Assembly: GCF_964204645.1 (NCBI RefSeq)
Contig: NC_134029.1
Span: 3,410,001 to 3,474,000, forward strand
Length of the DNA stretch: 64,000 bases
From: Tubulanus polymorphus
Taxonomy: Eukaryota > Animalia > Nemertea
Direction: 5' to 3'
Shown here: one piece after another, positions 37,901 through 52,900 of the stretch
Layout: every line of letters starts with the position of its first letter
Numbering within the stretch: position 1 is the first letter of the stretch
The notes under the pieces: model-generated
The model's database searches: none
Told to the model about the DNA's origin: nothing
What the model saw: only the letters and a program-made list of their open reading frames with translations
Position numbers and translations under genes: made by a program

Positions 37901-40900
37901 TTCTCTCAATATCGTATCATCTCATTTCAATTGCATTGTTGTCTTTCATTGTTGTCACTTTGTTAGATGGGGCTATCAGAGCTATGATAAATTTCGTTTA
38001 TGCAACAACGTAAATATTTTGTTAGATTCAAGATCGTATTTCACGTGATGTAAACCACAAACGAAGTTTGACTTATACAAGAGGTATCACTTTGAAGTTT
38101 ACTGTAATCAAAAATGCGATCATTCAACTGCGGAACTTATGATTCCCATAGGTTTAATACATGCCTCCCGGGACTGTAATAACATTTTTAAGTTCAAACT
38201 TCTGATGACAGCGGGATATTAATTACCGTACCTATTTCGATCATTAGTTTTTTTAAAGAGACAGAAATAATGCGTGTAACTTAAATAATGAAATACTTGG
38301 CGAGCATTTTTTATGCAACGTGTTGTTTATTTGTAGGCTCCGTAAGGAGTCTCTCCTCGACTCGCTCGCCTCTAAACCTCCACGTTATAATGAAACCAAC
38401 TCCCATCTAATGCGGCAGCACTTGAGGTTATTTTTCCATTCAATTAATCACCGACGCTCGTTTTTTTCTGCCGATGGAAACAGACGCAGCAACTGTTGCG
38501 CGGTAGGGATTTGATAGCGTTGGAAATCATTTCATGAGAAAGGTTTGGTATTCATTTGAAAGAAAAATATAATGCATATGTTAAAAACTTTCTCTCTCTC
38601 TCTTCTCTCACTGTTGTTCGCGTGTTGTAATTAACTCGGCAAAAAGTCGACTAAGTGCCCTTCTCAGAGAAACCCTAACTATAAAGTGGCAAAGGTGAAA
38701 CAATGTAGTTTCATTTAAACGGCAAGCATTTCAGGTCTCAAAATCCATCAAAGTTCATTTCCAAACGATCTCATAGAAAGTTCTTTTTACTTTCGCATAG
38801 CTACAGGTCCCGAAATACATGTAACAATAGAAAGTATTTTCTTTTAGTAGAGACCTAAACGAAAAGACTTATACTTAATTATTTGATGTCAGTAAATGAA
38901 TACACATGTGCTTAAATATTTCTCAGGCACAAAGAAGTTATGATGATGTCCTAGTTTGGAACCTTCATAAAAATAGGATCAGAAATGCGCAACAAAGAAT
39001 ATTTTATATCCATTTTAACTAAACTCGTTGACATGTGTTCACTCTGTGGTTTTCACACAGATTAACCGATCAGCTGTTGTTATGTCGAGATAGATCAGTG
39101 TAAATCTCAGGTCTCGAAGAGGTTCACAGATTAATTAAAACAGAAAGTGAAAAAAAACACCCAACTAGGACATCCAAGATATTTATTTTTCTCATCGGAG
39201 CTTGTGGCAAAACAAAGGATATCGGTTTTGATAAATTACAGTACTGAGCTGCGCTTTGATAGAGAACCCCACTTGACTCCGAGAAATGGATAAGAATGCA
39301 ATAAAATTAGCTCCTGTCTCGTTTGACCGATCCCAACGATCCCTGAGACAAACTCCAGTCCGCAATTAAACTGATAAAAAACGGGGTCAATCATTTTATT
39401 GCTTAGCACTTGACCAACAGACAACTGTGTCGCAAATTGTTAATTCGGTTGAGGGTAATTTAGAAAATAAAATCATAAATAGGCGAAGATAAGGAAGCGA
39501 ATTGTTGACAGTTGTTTTGAGATTAGAAGTGCATAGAGATTTCGATTCAAACAACGAATTGGGCTTTACGGCAAACAACTAAAATTGATAGGAAATCATT
39601 GAACGGTGTTGTGTAACGGTGTAGTACCCGTTTATCACACTTTCCCGCTCATTTCGAAACGTTCAAAACCGAGGTTTCTTTTCCCGAAAAAGCCATTATT
39701 TTCGACATCAAACTTTTACAGAGAATTCGTTGTAAACACATTTGCAAACGCCCGATACTAGCGCTGGGTCATTGCTACTTTAGAGGAAAACGTTGATCAT
39801 TTCAATTACGAATGAGTTCAAGCAACTGGCAAATCTTCGGGCTTTTAATCTAATCATAAATCATTGGAACTGAGAGAAACAGCTGAGTTTTATATGCATG
39901 TGTGTTATGTGTTAGTCAGTTTGATATCGGTGAAATAATTAAATCTTCCGAGCTTTCAGTTTCATGTTTATCTGTGATTGATGTTTGCATTATATACATA
40001 CACGATGGAATTACATTCACTCGATCCTATTCTCGAGTTGTGTAATCTATCGCTCTCGATAAATTCGTTAAAATAAGTCGAATCATTGATGTCTTACTAC
40101 GTCACAAAAGGAATTAAACTGCCATCAGCATATCACCTTATTTACCTGATCTTGGCGACTGTAACAAGATGCTCTGAGTGAGATCTCTTCGGCGGCCATT
40201 CAACGCTCCTTATAGGTTAGATATAACTATTCAATCAAAATTAGTTCATTTCAATTACTACAGCGATACAGCTAAATTCAGGAACCAGTTCGACACTGTC
40301 GTATAGGTATGTTTACGATATGATTCACCCCACGGACCAGCACGGACCAGCACGGACCAGCACGGACCAGCACTTGTGTTTGATTATGTGGTAACCATTA
40401 ATCACGTTATGATACACGAGTGCCAATAAAATGTGATAAACTCGATCTAACTATACGTTCAATACGTAAAAGTTACTCGATCGTTTTGATAGCTTAATCT
40501 TCTGACTCCATCACCAGGTTCAAATTAGAAACTGGACTCCAGAGTCCTATTATTGGGTTGGGGTTAGTTGGTTGGTCAGAGTTGGGAGATAAGGGAGAGG
40601 GTTGTTAATCAGTTATCGGCAGTGACTCCTCGGGTTTTATCATTAGTATAAGGCTAAACAAAAATGATACCTTGTTTCTCCGCAGCGGCCGGGTCATTTT
40701 TGTAAAATATGATAAAATTTATAAACAGTTCATTTCTATAGCGGCCGGGTCTGTTATGGTAAAATTGATCACGATTTTAAAAAAAGCAATGTATAGGGTA
40801 GATAGGCGGCCGGCCGGGTCAACATTTAAGCTCAGCAGAGCGGAGAAACAAGGTATCAATTTTGTTTAGCCTAAGCATGGACCCTTAAACGATGGTATAA

Positions 40901-43900
40901 GGGAATTAGTTGGTTGATAAGTCTTGATAGGTCATTGTTCATACAGCTGCTGGACACTACTCGCTGTGCTGATCAGTAACTATTTTACATGCGGCTCAAT
41001 CTTGTCTTCATTATCAGTTCATCGCGGACAAAAAATCAAATAAAAACGTTACGAAACAAGAGTAGTAAGTATTTTATATGATGCTGTTGTTCCAATAAAA
41101 CAGCTGTCGATGTCGATTTCTCCCGTAGTTTCCTAAAGCCTTTCAGGTTTTAATTTCTCTCGCATCTGAAACTGGCGGCCATTAAACGCTACTTGGTGTC
41201 TAATACTTCTCCGCGCCATCGCAGCTGGTTCCTTTAATCCATCAAATAAAGAAAATCTTACATAAGTTATAAAAAAACTGATGCGCTGAGAGTTTCGCTC
41301 TTAAAAAAAACACGTCGGAATCTGAATGCGTTTAAAAGATTAGTCTCGTTCATTTGTGCGTATCCAACAGTTGGATTAACATTCGAATCGTGTTCCGGCT
41401 TACAACGGATTAGCAAATCAACGAATTTCAACTTTGATTATAGTCAATTGAATCAGCAGATGTTTTTTTATGAATCTTGCACCGATTGACCTCTACTATA
41501 TAGACCCCGAATATCACAAAATGTGTCGTTTAAATGAAAATCTCACAAGAACCAAGACAGTCAATATCATTGTAAATGAATCTTTGAAACAACTCCGCTG
41601 TAATCGGTTAAGTTAGATTTGAAGTTGAAATTAGTTTGTTTCCAATGTTTTATCCTTAGGAATATGGAACCTCGGCTCAAGGTTCCACGATTAGGCGAAC
41701 ACTTATAAAACAATTGGAAATGAACGTTTTGAGAGGAGTTAGGTAATCATACTTAGTGTTTAACGTATGGGAAGGAATCTCGAATATCTTCATATAAAAA
41801 TCTTATCGCACGGTGGTGGATTGTGAAAGTTAGCCGTGTTTTGCGGGGCAGTCTGTTCGGTAATCATGCGTGTTTTTAGGCTTGTTACGAAACTCGCTGC
41901 AGATAAAATGAAACATGCCACTGTTTATTGTTACCGTGTATTCATCCTGAGTCTGATATAAAATCGTATAAAACCCGTCCAGACTGCGAAGTGTTTATTG
42001 TGGAATATAAATACTTGGAAATTATATTTCTGCGCCCACCGTGTTACTGTAAGGGGGTCTTATCTTTTCTAAAGGGGAAGCATATTATCACTTCAACTGT
42101 GTCTACTGCATTCAGTCCTACGAGATAGTTTTTGGTTAGATTTGACTCTTAGAGCTAGAGTTCATTTATGGGCAACTGCGGAACGAACTGAATCCTGACC
42201 GGAAAACTAATATTAATCTCGGTATTCACAGTTAACAAATCAACTGTGGGTTTTCACTTGTGAACTGAATCCTGATTGTGATGAGTTCGGAATGGTGAAT
42301 TATATCTTAATCACTGAACCACAAAACGAAACTTCTGCACTGAGAACATCTGTATTTGATCACGACTATAATCTGATTATGTAGCTGAGTTTGATTTGAA
42401 CTTTTTTTTCGTTGTGCTGGCAGAAGAAATAACAGCGATTGATCTCAGTGAGCAGTTGATGAATAACGAGATCTAATCTCGCTGAAGAACATTACCTATC
42501 AACGCCCGGATCATTTATTTGTGGCCCGTGTAAAAAACCGTCTGTTTGGCCGCCACAAGCCGCCTGGTGAGGTCATCCTTGCGAGGTCACGCGAACGTTA
42601 CCTGATTCATCTAAATGAACTAAAAATGCATATTTGTAGATGAAACAAGACTCGTGATAGCCAGTGTAATATACGTATGAACTTTTCGAAAACATGAAAT
42701 AACTGATATTGTATGCGTTGAATGTGGCATTCGAAGGGGGTCATAACAATTTTGGTCTGGTTTTCACCAGGTTTATGTGAAGAACAATTAGAGCAAAGCC
42801 CCAAAAATTCATATAAAGGCGTCTTTATGAATAATTCATTTGATAGTACGTAAAGTCCTAAGTGGCTTACATCTAGTCGGAAGTTAATAACCTTTGTTAT
42901 AATGTGGTAATAAAATCCGGTAATTTTCTCTAGTAACAGAATGATATCCAGTTCTCACACCTGTTCAGCCGTGTCTAAAAGTCTCACTGATGGCTTGCTC
43001 TTTAAGCAGGAAAAAATACAAATTATTTCATATTTCGCGAACTCTTCTGAGAGTAATCATGTTGCTTGCGGCTATTATAACTAGAAAAAAGTCTCCATAA
43101 CGAGAAGACGTTTTGTGCATTGCTCGAAATAACAACTTTTTTCTCGTTATAACATATTTTTAACCATTAAAACGCATCTCGCTATGACGGATTTTTATAC
43201 GATTCCTGCCAGTTTTTCCTCCGTCTCTTTTTTCATCTTTCGAATTCTTTTTCTTCAAACCGTCTACAGAATTTCACATCTCGAATTTTTTCTCGGTTAC
43301 TCGCTGACTGGCGATAAATAAGTTCGTGTAACTTTATTTATTTCAGAACATCTCAGTAAACACATCGAGTTTTCCAACCCCAGACAGTTCGGCCAACTCC
43401 CCGTATAGTACGCCCAATGAACCTATCTAATGTCTCAGAAAAAAGTGTTAGAGTTTAATAAGATTTCAAAACAGTTTTCTGGATGTGAGCTCAGTCAGTT
43501 TAAAGCTGGCGCCGAAAATAGATCTCAAAATGATCGATCACTTTTTTATCTGTTTTTGTTCGCGCAGTTTCTATCATTGTTTTCCGTCATCATATTGAAT
43601 GAGCCGCCGCCAAAAGTTAAAAAATGCCATTCTTCAAACGAGAAACTGCTAGACAACAAAGGCTCGCTTCATCGCATTAGAAGCTGTTCAGGGTGTATCA
43701 GGATCTGACACCTCAGTAGAGGTTCTTTCCGTGACGTCACAGTGCGTCACGTCATCGTCAAGCGCAAGCGGCTAACTGAAGTAAATAGTCATATGACACA
43801 CAACTGACGACGCGTCGTGTCACTGAAATACCTCTATAGACAGCAGTAAGAAAAGTCTCCGAAAATATCAACCTACCAATCATTTACCGGTTGATTAAAC

Positions 43901-46900
43901 AATTAAGATGCCTTGAATAGTTGTATCGCGCGGGCAATTGAAATATTTCATTCATGGGAACAACAAATATATATAGATCATCCTCGGCTGGGGGTTCGTG
44001 GAAAACCCGATTTGATATACACGTAATAATCAAAAACAGTTTGCAAACAAAAGAATGTTTGCGGTTGTTAATGAGAGAGGAGCAGGGAGCCGGAAATAAT
44101 GAGTCGAGTAGGATTATCTGAATCAGAGAAATACGTGTATTATCAGTACAGATAAAAGGCCAAACGGTCGTTTAACACGGGTTTAACAGTTGCTAATTAT
44201 TTTGGGTATCGGATCTCACGATTTTTTAATGTTGACTGACATTTTTTTGATCCTGATGTTGATATCATCTTGTCAGTACCCGGTGATATTTGTTTTTTAA
44301 TTAGTTTCTTGCAGTTGCTGCGTCTGTCTTCGCTGTAAAGGTTAAAATGTGATAAGCGTGGGATTAGACATTTGTTTTGTATTTTGATAGCTGACCCTAC
44401 GTGCGAAAAAAAATGTACGTGTAGTTTCCAGCATTACATCGCAAAAAAGGTCCGCGGTTATCGTGTTTTAACATGAAATTGATGAGAATTTCGTTTCTTT
44501 TTTGATACCGTAAAAACTGTTACAATAATGTATACATCGATACCTAGTACACATTGGGTTCGTGTGAGTTGATGTGCACAACGTCATCAATATTGGAATT
44601 TCAAATGACAATTACAATTGCTTATACCTTAATCAATTGAATTTCATAACGCATACTTTATTTTTGATAAATTCTGATGATTATTTTTGAGATGTACACT
44701 GCGTCATCAATATATCGGGACTGGTTGCTGGTTGAAGACTGGTTTCCGGTCAGGGATCGATATTAAAATCCAGAATAACTTTATTGATCCTATCTATTGT
44801 CGGCAATATTAAGCAATATATATGTGTTATTTTACAAGGCATCAATAAACTTTCAAGTTAGTTTTCTTTCGTTAGAAATCGTGTGGATATAGAACAGATT
44901 TCTAACAATAAAAATCTCACTGGCGGCGTCTGTATCATTTTTTCTCATGTTCAGATCGCGGGTAAAATGATTCTGGAAGCAGTTGCATTAAATGTATCAA
45001 TTACTGATTCACATTGACAAGTAAGACTTGTTTAATATCAGCTGAAAACCTACCTCCTCGGCCAGCCAGGCCAAATACTAGTCATTCAGTGATTTGTTTG
45101 TGTACTGCAGCTTAGAAGTATTGAAGCAGAAATTTAAAAAAAAACCTCTTTAACAACCCTTTCAGTTATCTGAAAAGAAAACTGTTTCTTGAAAAGATGT
45201 TTTAAATTCGATTATCTTCGTTTTCTGCGGTGACACTACATTCTATTTATCTTCGTTCATCTATAAAAAGTGTTCATGTTTTTGCTGGATAATTTTATTA
45301 GTTTTCGCTGTAGCACACAGTGTTTCTCATCCTGCGAGTTGATATCGACCATAGTTAATTACAACCAACTTTGCAATTCCGTCACTCGTGGGACAAATAC
45401 AACAAATGAGTATGTTTTTGATAGGTCATTTTCATCATGATGATGGGTTACCACGGCATTAATCTTATATTCGGTGTGAACGGAATGATTTGAAAATTTC
45501 CCTCGATTTCCGAGTTAATTGGATTTTATCCCGAGTCCTCATTAAGCCCGCGCGATTCGGTCCCGTTTGGGGAGCCGACGTTCGGCCGTTATTCGCACGT
45601 CGTTCCATGACAAAACACCATGAAATCTCAATCAAGGTGGTCGCGAAAACGATGCAGATTAATTTCAGGTCTTCGTCGTCGTTTCAGCAACAGCAGACGA
45701 TGAATGTTCGGACGGTTATCAAGCGAATGAATGGATAATTAGTCCCCGTGGAATCCGCCAATTATTGGTTTCGGGATGATGTTACAGTTGCATCAAAAAT
45801 CGCCGGCGTTCGGTTACACAATCATATAGCTCCGAGAATCGGTGGAGAAGATTATACAGATGAATATTACAATCTATAACGAAATCGGAGCTCTGTTCAA
45901 TAAATCGTTTTCGAACAAAATAATGGCTACTTTTTGAACAGATGTCACTTTCGGTTAAAAATAAACACCAAAATGGCGATTGTGAATCGAATAAATGATA
46001 GTATTCTCTACGGACGGGAAATTAGCTCGATTCGTTGAGCTATGTTTGTATTTGATGATGTGATAATGACTAATGATGAACCTCTTTAAACATAACACCT
46101 CATAAAGTAGCTATATTAGATAATCATCATCATCATCATCATCCATTGCTGCACAACTTCAGTCATTCCCACCATTATATTTACCATTGCTGCTGCTGTT
46201 GTTGCTGCTCCGAATATTTTTGATTCGTTGATCGATGGGCGTCATGTGGTTTTTTGGTAGAGGATTTTGGTGGATTGGGATCAAAGCTGTCATAATAAAA
46301 CAGTAAATCAGTCGTTGGGTTTTTCAGATTTGTGGTGGGAGGTGTAGATTAATAGGTTTTTGTACTTCCCCAATGTTTGAAGAAATCTCGCTTCCGGACT
46401 TTTTTTCTCAATGCGGAGGATCAATCCTACTTCTTGAAATCGGGTATATAGTTTTGAATGAGCCACGGGATCATGCGCAGTACCACTGTAAATCTCGAAT
46501 TAGCGCTGATGAGAAAATAATTGATGACTTTCTTCCAGCGATGCGCGCCTAATTCACAGTGAATGAATGATTCAAAAATTCTAACCTACAAATCGTAAAA
46601 AGCGCTTTCATTAGAAAACAACTCGGCTCCGTCTCAATACGCTCGTGCGCAATAATAAATCCCGCCGAAAAATGCGAAGCAGATGTCCCGCAAGAAAAAA
46701 CCAAGTGCCGAGATGTCGAATCAAATTAGATGGGCCAAAATCGAAGAGGGGGCATAAAATTACTTTAGTCAAGATTGATGAGGTTTTATAGAGCGGCGAT
46801 TTCATTGGAAACATGTGTACTACGAGTATAAAACACGTGTTTTTAGCTGAAGCGTTGATTAGTGTTTTATTGTAACGAATTCCGAGCTGAGAAAGTAGCG

Positions 46901-49900
46901 CGCCGGTTGATTCATTTCTAATTACGCGTATACGTATTCATGAGCCTCGATTCGATCGGTTGTTATTTATTTACACGATGGTGCGATACGAGATTTATTT
47001 CGTTGTTTTTTAGACGGGGGGGTTACCGCTCAAATCAACCGCGAAGGACACCCAGGCCAGACCTACATTAACGATTTTATAACCGCGACCCCTTTATGCG
47101 TGTGAAATAGAAGAATCTAAATGAACCATGGAGTCTAAAACGATCGAAAAGTCCATTATAAACTGAAGAATTTATGGAACAAAAGATGATGAAAAGTATC
47201 ACTTTAACGAACACCTTCCTGCTGTTACTAATGAATTACAGCTTCTCGTTTCGACTTGGATCGAAACATAATTTCACCATTAAAAGAGGAATGCACATTT
47301 CTCCACACCCAGATGCACGCACGCGCAAACTAGAGATTTTCTTTTGTTTTTCAGCTTATAAAAGTCAAATGAGACAAGGTTAACTTGCAAAAAACTTCAA
47401 TATATGTAAGAAATATTCTCAACGAGTAGATCATCAGTCATACTTAGCTCTTAAAATCTGATAAAATGATAAATATATCCTGTTTTTGAATTGTTTTGAC
47501 GCAATTTTCCACTGTAGTGTTCTTTTAACATTTAGACCAACATGTTTACCTTCCGAGACGCGCATTTATCTATAAAGCTGTTTTTCGAAGCTTAGAATAA
47601 AGAAATACCAAAAATTCTAACTTTCGACAAGCTTTCGTCAGTGTAACCTTTAGGCATTTGGTTCAAGAATTGCGCCGAATTCAGCTGAATATTCCTAGAA
47701 ACGTTATGTATAAATAGTTGACCATTGATCGATGAAGGATCGTATGGGGTTACCTGTGTTTCCGACGGGCTTTTGATCGATTATAAAGAGGGCAAAATAC
47801 GTGAAAAATCTGACAACTCAATCAATATAAACAATGAACGAACGAGCATCAGACAGAGTTCGCTCGGAACCAAACGGATTAAACAAATGATCTATTATCA
47901 CTTGTAAATTCACTGGTGAATGTATATCAGCCGATAGCAGACGAATTTCTCTCGATAAACGTTAAAAAGAAACGATAATTCGGTTCCCACAGTTTTAAAA
48001 CTATTCGCTTTTTTTCTCTAATCATTTATTGTCTGTTTGGATGCCTCGGATGCGCGTGGGGGGATGGTTGATATAATCGTCTTTCCGATCGAATGATCTG
48101 TGGTGTATTCGTAGCCGCCAAGTTTCACTTGAAATTTCATCGGCCGCGTGTTAAGATAAATTAAATGGAAATATAAACCTCTAACTCTCGACGCGATCAG
48201 ACGTTACATATCGACTTGTTGCCGCAGAATTTCAATTTCTATTGCGCAACAATCGGCCTAGCAGAAGATAAGCGTCGCTTAGCGAGGAAAGTGAGAGTTA
48301 GATGTGTAAAATAATCGCTTTTTATCAAGTATTTATCATTTAAATTTGACATATTTGAGACTTAAATGTTCTAAAATAAAAACTCTTAATGTTCTTGTCT
48401 ATCAACTTGAAGAGGACTTAGGCTACAGTAACATTTATTTCCGACAATTTTTTTATGTGAAGCATACAAAGAGGGAGTGAAAAGAAGGAAGGAGGTAGAT
48501 TCTGGTTAGTTTTACTTTTTGAACATTTTTTTTCAGAATTACAGTACATCAACCCCGCCAGACTGGGGGAGAAAGTTCTTAAGAAATTATGCATCGGATA
48601 AATGGCTTCTAATGAAACAATGACTTCGTCTAAGACAGCAATATCAGTCGTCATAAATCGCATTTCACGGCGAAACTCTTTTGAATTATTTATCGTCTGA
48701 CGGCGGATCTAATGACGTTCATTCGAAAGAATTAAATCTTACCACCTACGTCTCGACACGTAACTCCTCACCGGGGTGACCCGGCAAGGCCAAAACTAAT
48801 CAGAAACCTGCCATCCTTCGAGATTCAAGTGTAAATCGCATTATCAATTACCCAACATTGTAAGTATCGGTAACCGCATTTTTGCCGATCTTCAATTTAG
48901 AGTCGTGGAAAGATGCGTCTCATTAAATTAACTCGGGTTACTTTGCCATTATACAGCCCGGTGTAATGCGTGCTATTGTCTAGTGACGGGTCCCCGCGCT
49001 CCCCAGCCAGTAGGATGATATGCGCGCCGATTTTATGACTCGAATACGATGGGGACTATTTATTTTAGTGGAATGACACGGGAGTAAATTACCTCACACC
49101 CGGATCGGCTCGACACACCTGAACCGGGCCGCGATCGTATGAACATCAGACGCTATCAGCGACCAATATCCAGCCATTTATTTATACAGCGAGTCTTTAA
49201 TCTCTGGGTACTGGCATATCACGTGACCCAGCAGCCGAGAAAATTGCCACTTTCGGTTTGATGATCGGCGAAAATCAATTTTCACGTCATTCGTTACATA
49301 AACAATGTCGTTTCCATTTACTACGAAAGATGAAGCATCTTTTGTTCTAGAGAATATGAATATCAGTTTTTTTCCCTAAAAATGGTTTTCTGCAAGTGTG
49401 ACTCGAGATCTTATAGCCCTTTAAGATTAATAATTGTAATATGTATTAGGAAAAACTGCATTTGCTCGCTGTTTCTTTGTAAAATTCTCGCGCACAGAAC
49501 TGAGCCCCAGAGCCGTCACCACGTAACAATAACGTGACCTTTTGTAGCATTCATGGCAAGCTGGTTTGTACAAGAATACTCGAAAACTGACCTATTTGGT
49601 CGATCTAAAGATTTAGCGTGAGTGGACACTGAAGGAATTCGTTGGTATCGCCTCGAACATGATCTGCCAGGGCCTTGGTCACTTAAAACTCTCATTCAAC
49701 ATTGAAGAGGTGCCCCGACAATATTCAGAGTAGGAGTAATAACGAATTGCATCGATCTCATAAAATTAATTCGAACCATTTTCTTTTTGGAAAGAAGGTG
49801 TTGATAGGTAATCAGATTTCTCGCAGCAAATTCCGAATCTTTTTCTTATGCTTGGCGTTTTCACGGAATGATGAGAGGAATTATTAGTGTAAGTTTTCTT

Positions 49901-52900
49901 ACTTTTTAGATAGGATAAATGGAAATTCATAATATAAGAATGAAATAAAACCGTCTGTAGCAACTCGTTTATTGTCCATGAATAAATTCCTGATTTACGA
50001 GTTTATATTCATTGCCGTTGTTTGATTTTGATCTATGACCCAATTATTTTGATTGAAGGAGACATAACACGCCATAAAAAGGACGAGGTCAGTGATACTT
50101 AACAGAAACCATTCTATTCTAACCAGTAGGGCGAACTTCGGTGATCGGAACCAGTAATCGAAAGTCTGGTCTCTCGCCTTTCACAGTGTCGGTCCATCTT
50201 GAAACTGGGTCCGAACTACAGCGACCGTGCTCGATCGCGTGGTTCGCTATTTTCGGACTAGAGTTTCTACTAACCGGACATTCCACGAGGAAGGAGACTA
50301 CAGATAATGATAATTTCATATATATCAAAAAGCACACAAAGAGGGCTTCTTTCGATGCCCGAGTATAAGTAACAACTTCAGTCCGAACCAGTTTCACAGT
50401 TGTTTTGAGTTTACTTTGGGTGCAAATTACCAACACATTTCTTATCGTTGTGTCCGTTATCCTCGAAATTCAATGGACATTTGAATACTATACCTTCTTT
50501 TTAGAGCAGTGGACTAAGATCTAATCAAAATTTCATTTATTTGAGGCTAAAATTCTTTAGTATTCATCGGAATGGACGAATAGTAAACGTGTGAACCAAG
50601 AAACATATTTTTTGTCGATCTTATAAGAGCTCGCAGTCGAGTACTACATGACAATAAACTGCTTTCTACGAGATACTTAATGTTCACTTTTATTTGTTAT
50701 TCTATAAAATTGACATCAAAGATATTTCTAGCCGCTGAGATCTGTACATTAATGATGGGATACCACACAATTACAATATTGAGAGGTCACCGGGTGCACT
50801 TCGATTGCGGTTCTGGCGGTTTATGATAACTATATCACATTCCGATAAAAGGTCTTTTTTTATATTTCCGATTTTGTAATCAATTTTATTTCAGTCGTAA
50901 AATTCGGCGAAATAAACGTTTAATGGTTTTACAACTACTGAAAGCCCCGTTCAAATCTGTAGGGAAACGAACAATAATAGATCTTGGTCGTGAAAAAAAA
51001 CACACGAAATATCGTGAAATATCGCGAAATATCGTGAAATATCGAGGAAAGTTCGATAGTTTCTCTTTGTTGTCTATCGGTCGTCTTATCACAAACTAAT
51101 CGTCGCCCAAGATTCGAATTAAAGTCTTAGCGGTTCCTTTCATTTCGCCATTAAGATAGATATCCTTTGATATGATACGATGTCTTCATAAACCAGCAGC
51201 AGTTATATTTAGGAATATGATAAATATCTTGTTTTAATGTCCCGCCCGCGCATGTGTGCGTTACATTAAAATATAAAGTTCAGCTATAATTCATAAAGAA
51301 GATGATGATGTTTGATAAAAACACATCCTGTAAGAACAGACACATTCAAATTAATGTTTTACGCGGTTATTTCTTTGGCCCGTACTGTGATATTTCTTTT
51401 TCATTCTTCTTTGCAAATTTGCATATCTATTTCTATACCGATTTTTGTGAATCTGTGTCCCTTTTCAGGAAATGAAGGGAGGGGAATTTTTCAAGAAAGG
51501 CTACCATCAATACTTTATAATACGACTTGTTATGGGGGTAATTCAATTACTCTATTAGTAGTAGTAGACTATTGGAAATAAACACTTATCGCACGTTTGG
51601 CCTACCGAAAGAACTTTTTTCAGCCGATGTCATGGGAATCGCGCATTTAATCGAGAGAGCTTCAAATATGTAATACGTCGCGTCATTGTTTCATATTCTA
51701 CCACTTGAAATCGACGTAAATAAGAAACCAAACAAAGAAATGAAAAACCGATGTTACATATCGAGGGCAGTTATTTCAAATATATAGACGAGGCTCTAAA
51801 CACTTAATTATAAATACATATCATTGCAATTCAGTTTTGTGTCATTTTTGTCGCCTATTGTCGCCTACTTGACATGACAATACTCGAGTTAAAGCCATTG
51901 TCGTCTGGCGATGTGCCCCGCTCTGAAATACCATATAATATTTATTTTACAGATATTCGCGTACTCGTGTGAGCGGCTTGCTGTCAGATTATCAAATCAA
52001 CGGCTTCACTTGACGACATAAAAACCATTCGATATATAATAGATTTTTCAACATTATCGGCATTATGACTGTTTACAAATTCTAAAATAGTCTCCTCTTA
52101 TGATTCATTGAAAACTGTTCACCTATTTCTACTCTGAGTACAGTTGTGTAACTATCGCGCCAGTTTATGAATATCTATATTATAAATTGATATTAATACA
52201 AAATAATATTTTGCGATGATATTGAAATAATTTAACGGTTATTCCCATGACAGACATTTGCATCGTATGCAAAATTTAGATTTTCTTTCTCTTGGAAAGG
52301 ACTAGAAAAAATTGAGAATTAAGTATCTGTATTCCTTAGACCACAAGAACGTGGGACCTTGAGCATTCGTAGAATCATATACTTAGGTATATCAAACTAT
52401 AAGCAATTTTGCACTTTGAAACTTGTCACTTGTCCGTTCGGATACCTATTAAGAGATGAAACCAAATACAGCAATATTGTTTTCCTAAATTATTTATGTA
52501 TCGGATATTTTGTGTGTTTTTTCAGGAACACCAGTTAACAGAATTCCAATAATGGCGAAACAGGTTCTGGATCTGTACGAATTGTTTCGATTGGTCGTAT
52601 CGAAGGGAGGACTCGTCGAAGTCATCAATCGTAAACTATGGCGTGAAATCACGAAAGGTCTCAATCTGCCGTCTTCAATCACTAGCGCTGCGTTCACTCT
52701 GCGAACTCAGTAAGTATTCAGCCCTAGATACAATCCCACGATTTACACTAAAAAAAGTCTGTAAATTCTACCAATCACCCGCTTTCAAACCCGATTTCAA
52801 AATCAAACCCCCTGTTTCGCTCCCGGCAGCGTGGTGGGATTTTTAGGGAGACGAAATCAAATCAAAATAAAGCACATAACTTAGAGTGGAAATGTCTATT

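Noticed and set aside
40331-40373. Short direct-repeat arrays (also 51005-51045 and 1137-1266) as CRISPR-like
   Set aside because: No spacers, no cas genes, eukaryotic context; simple tandem repeats.
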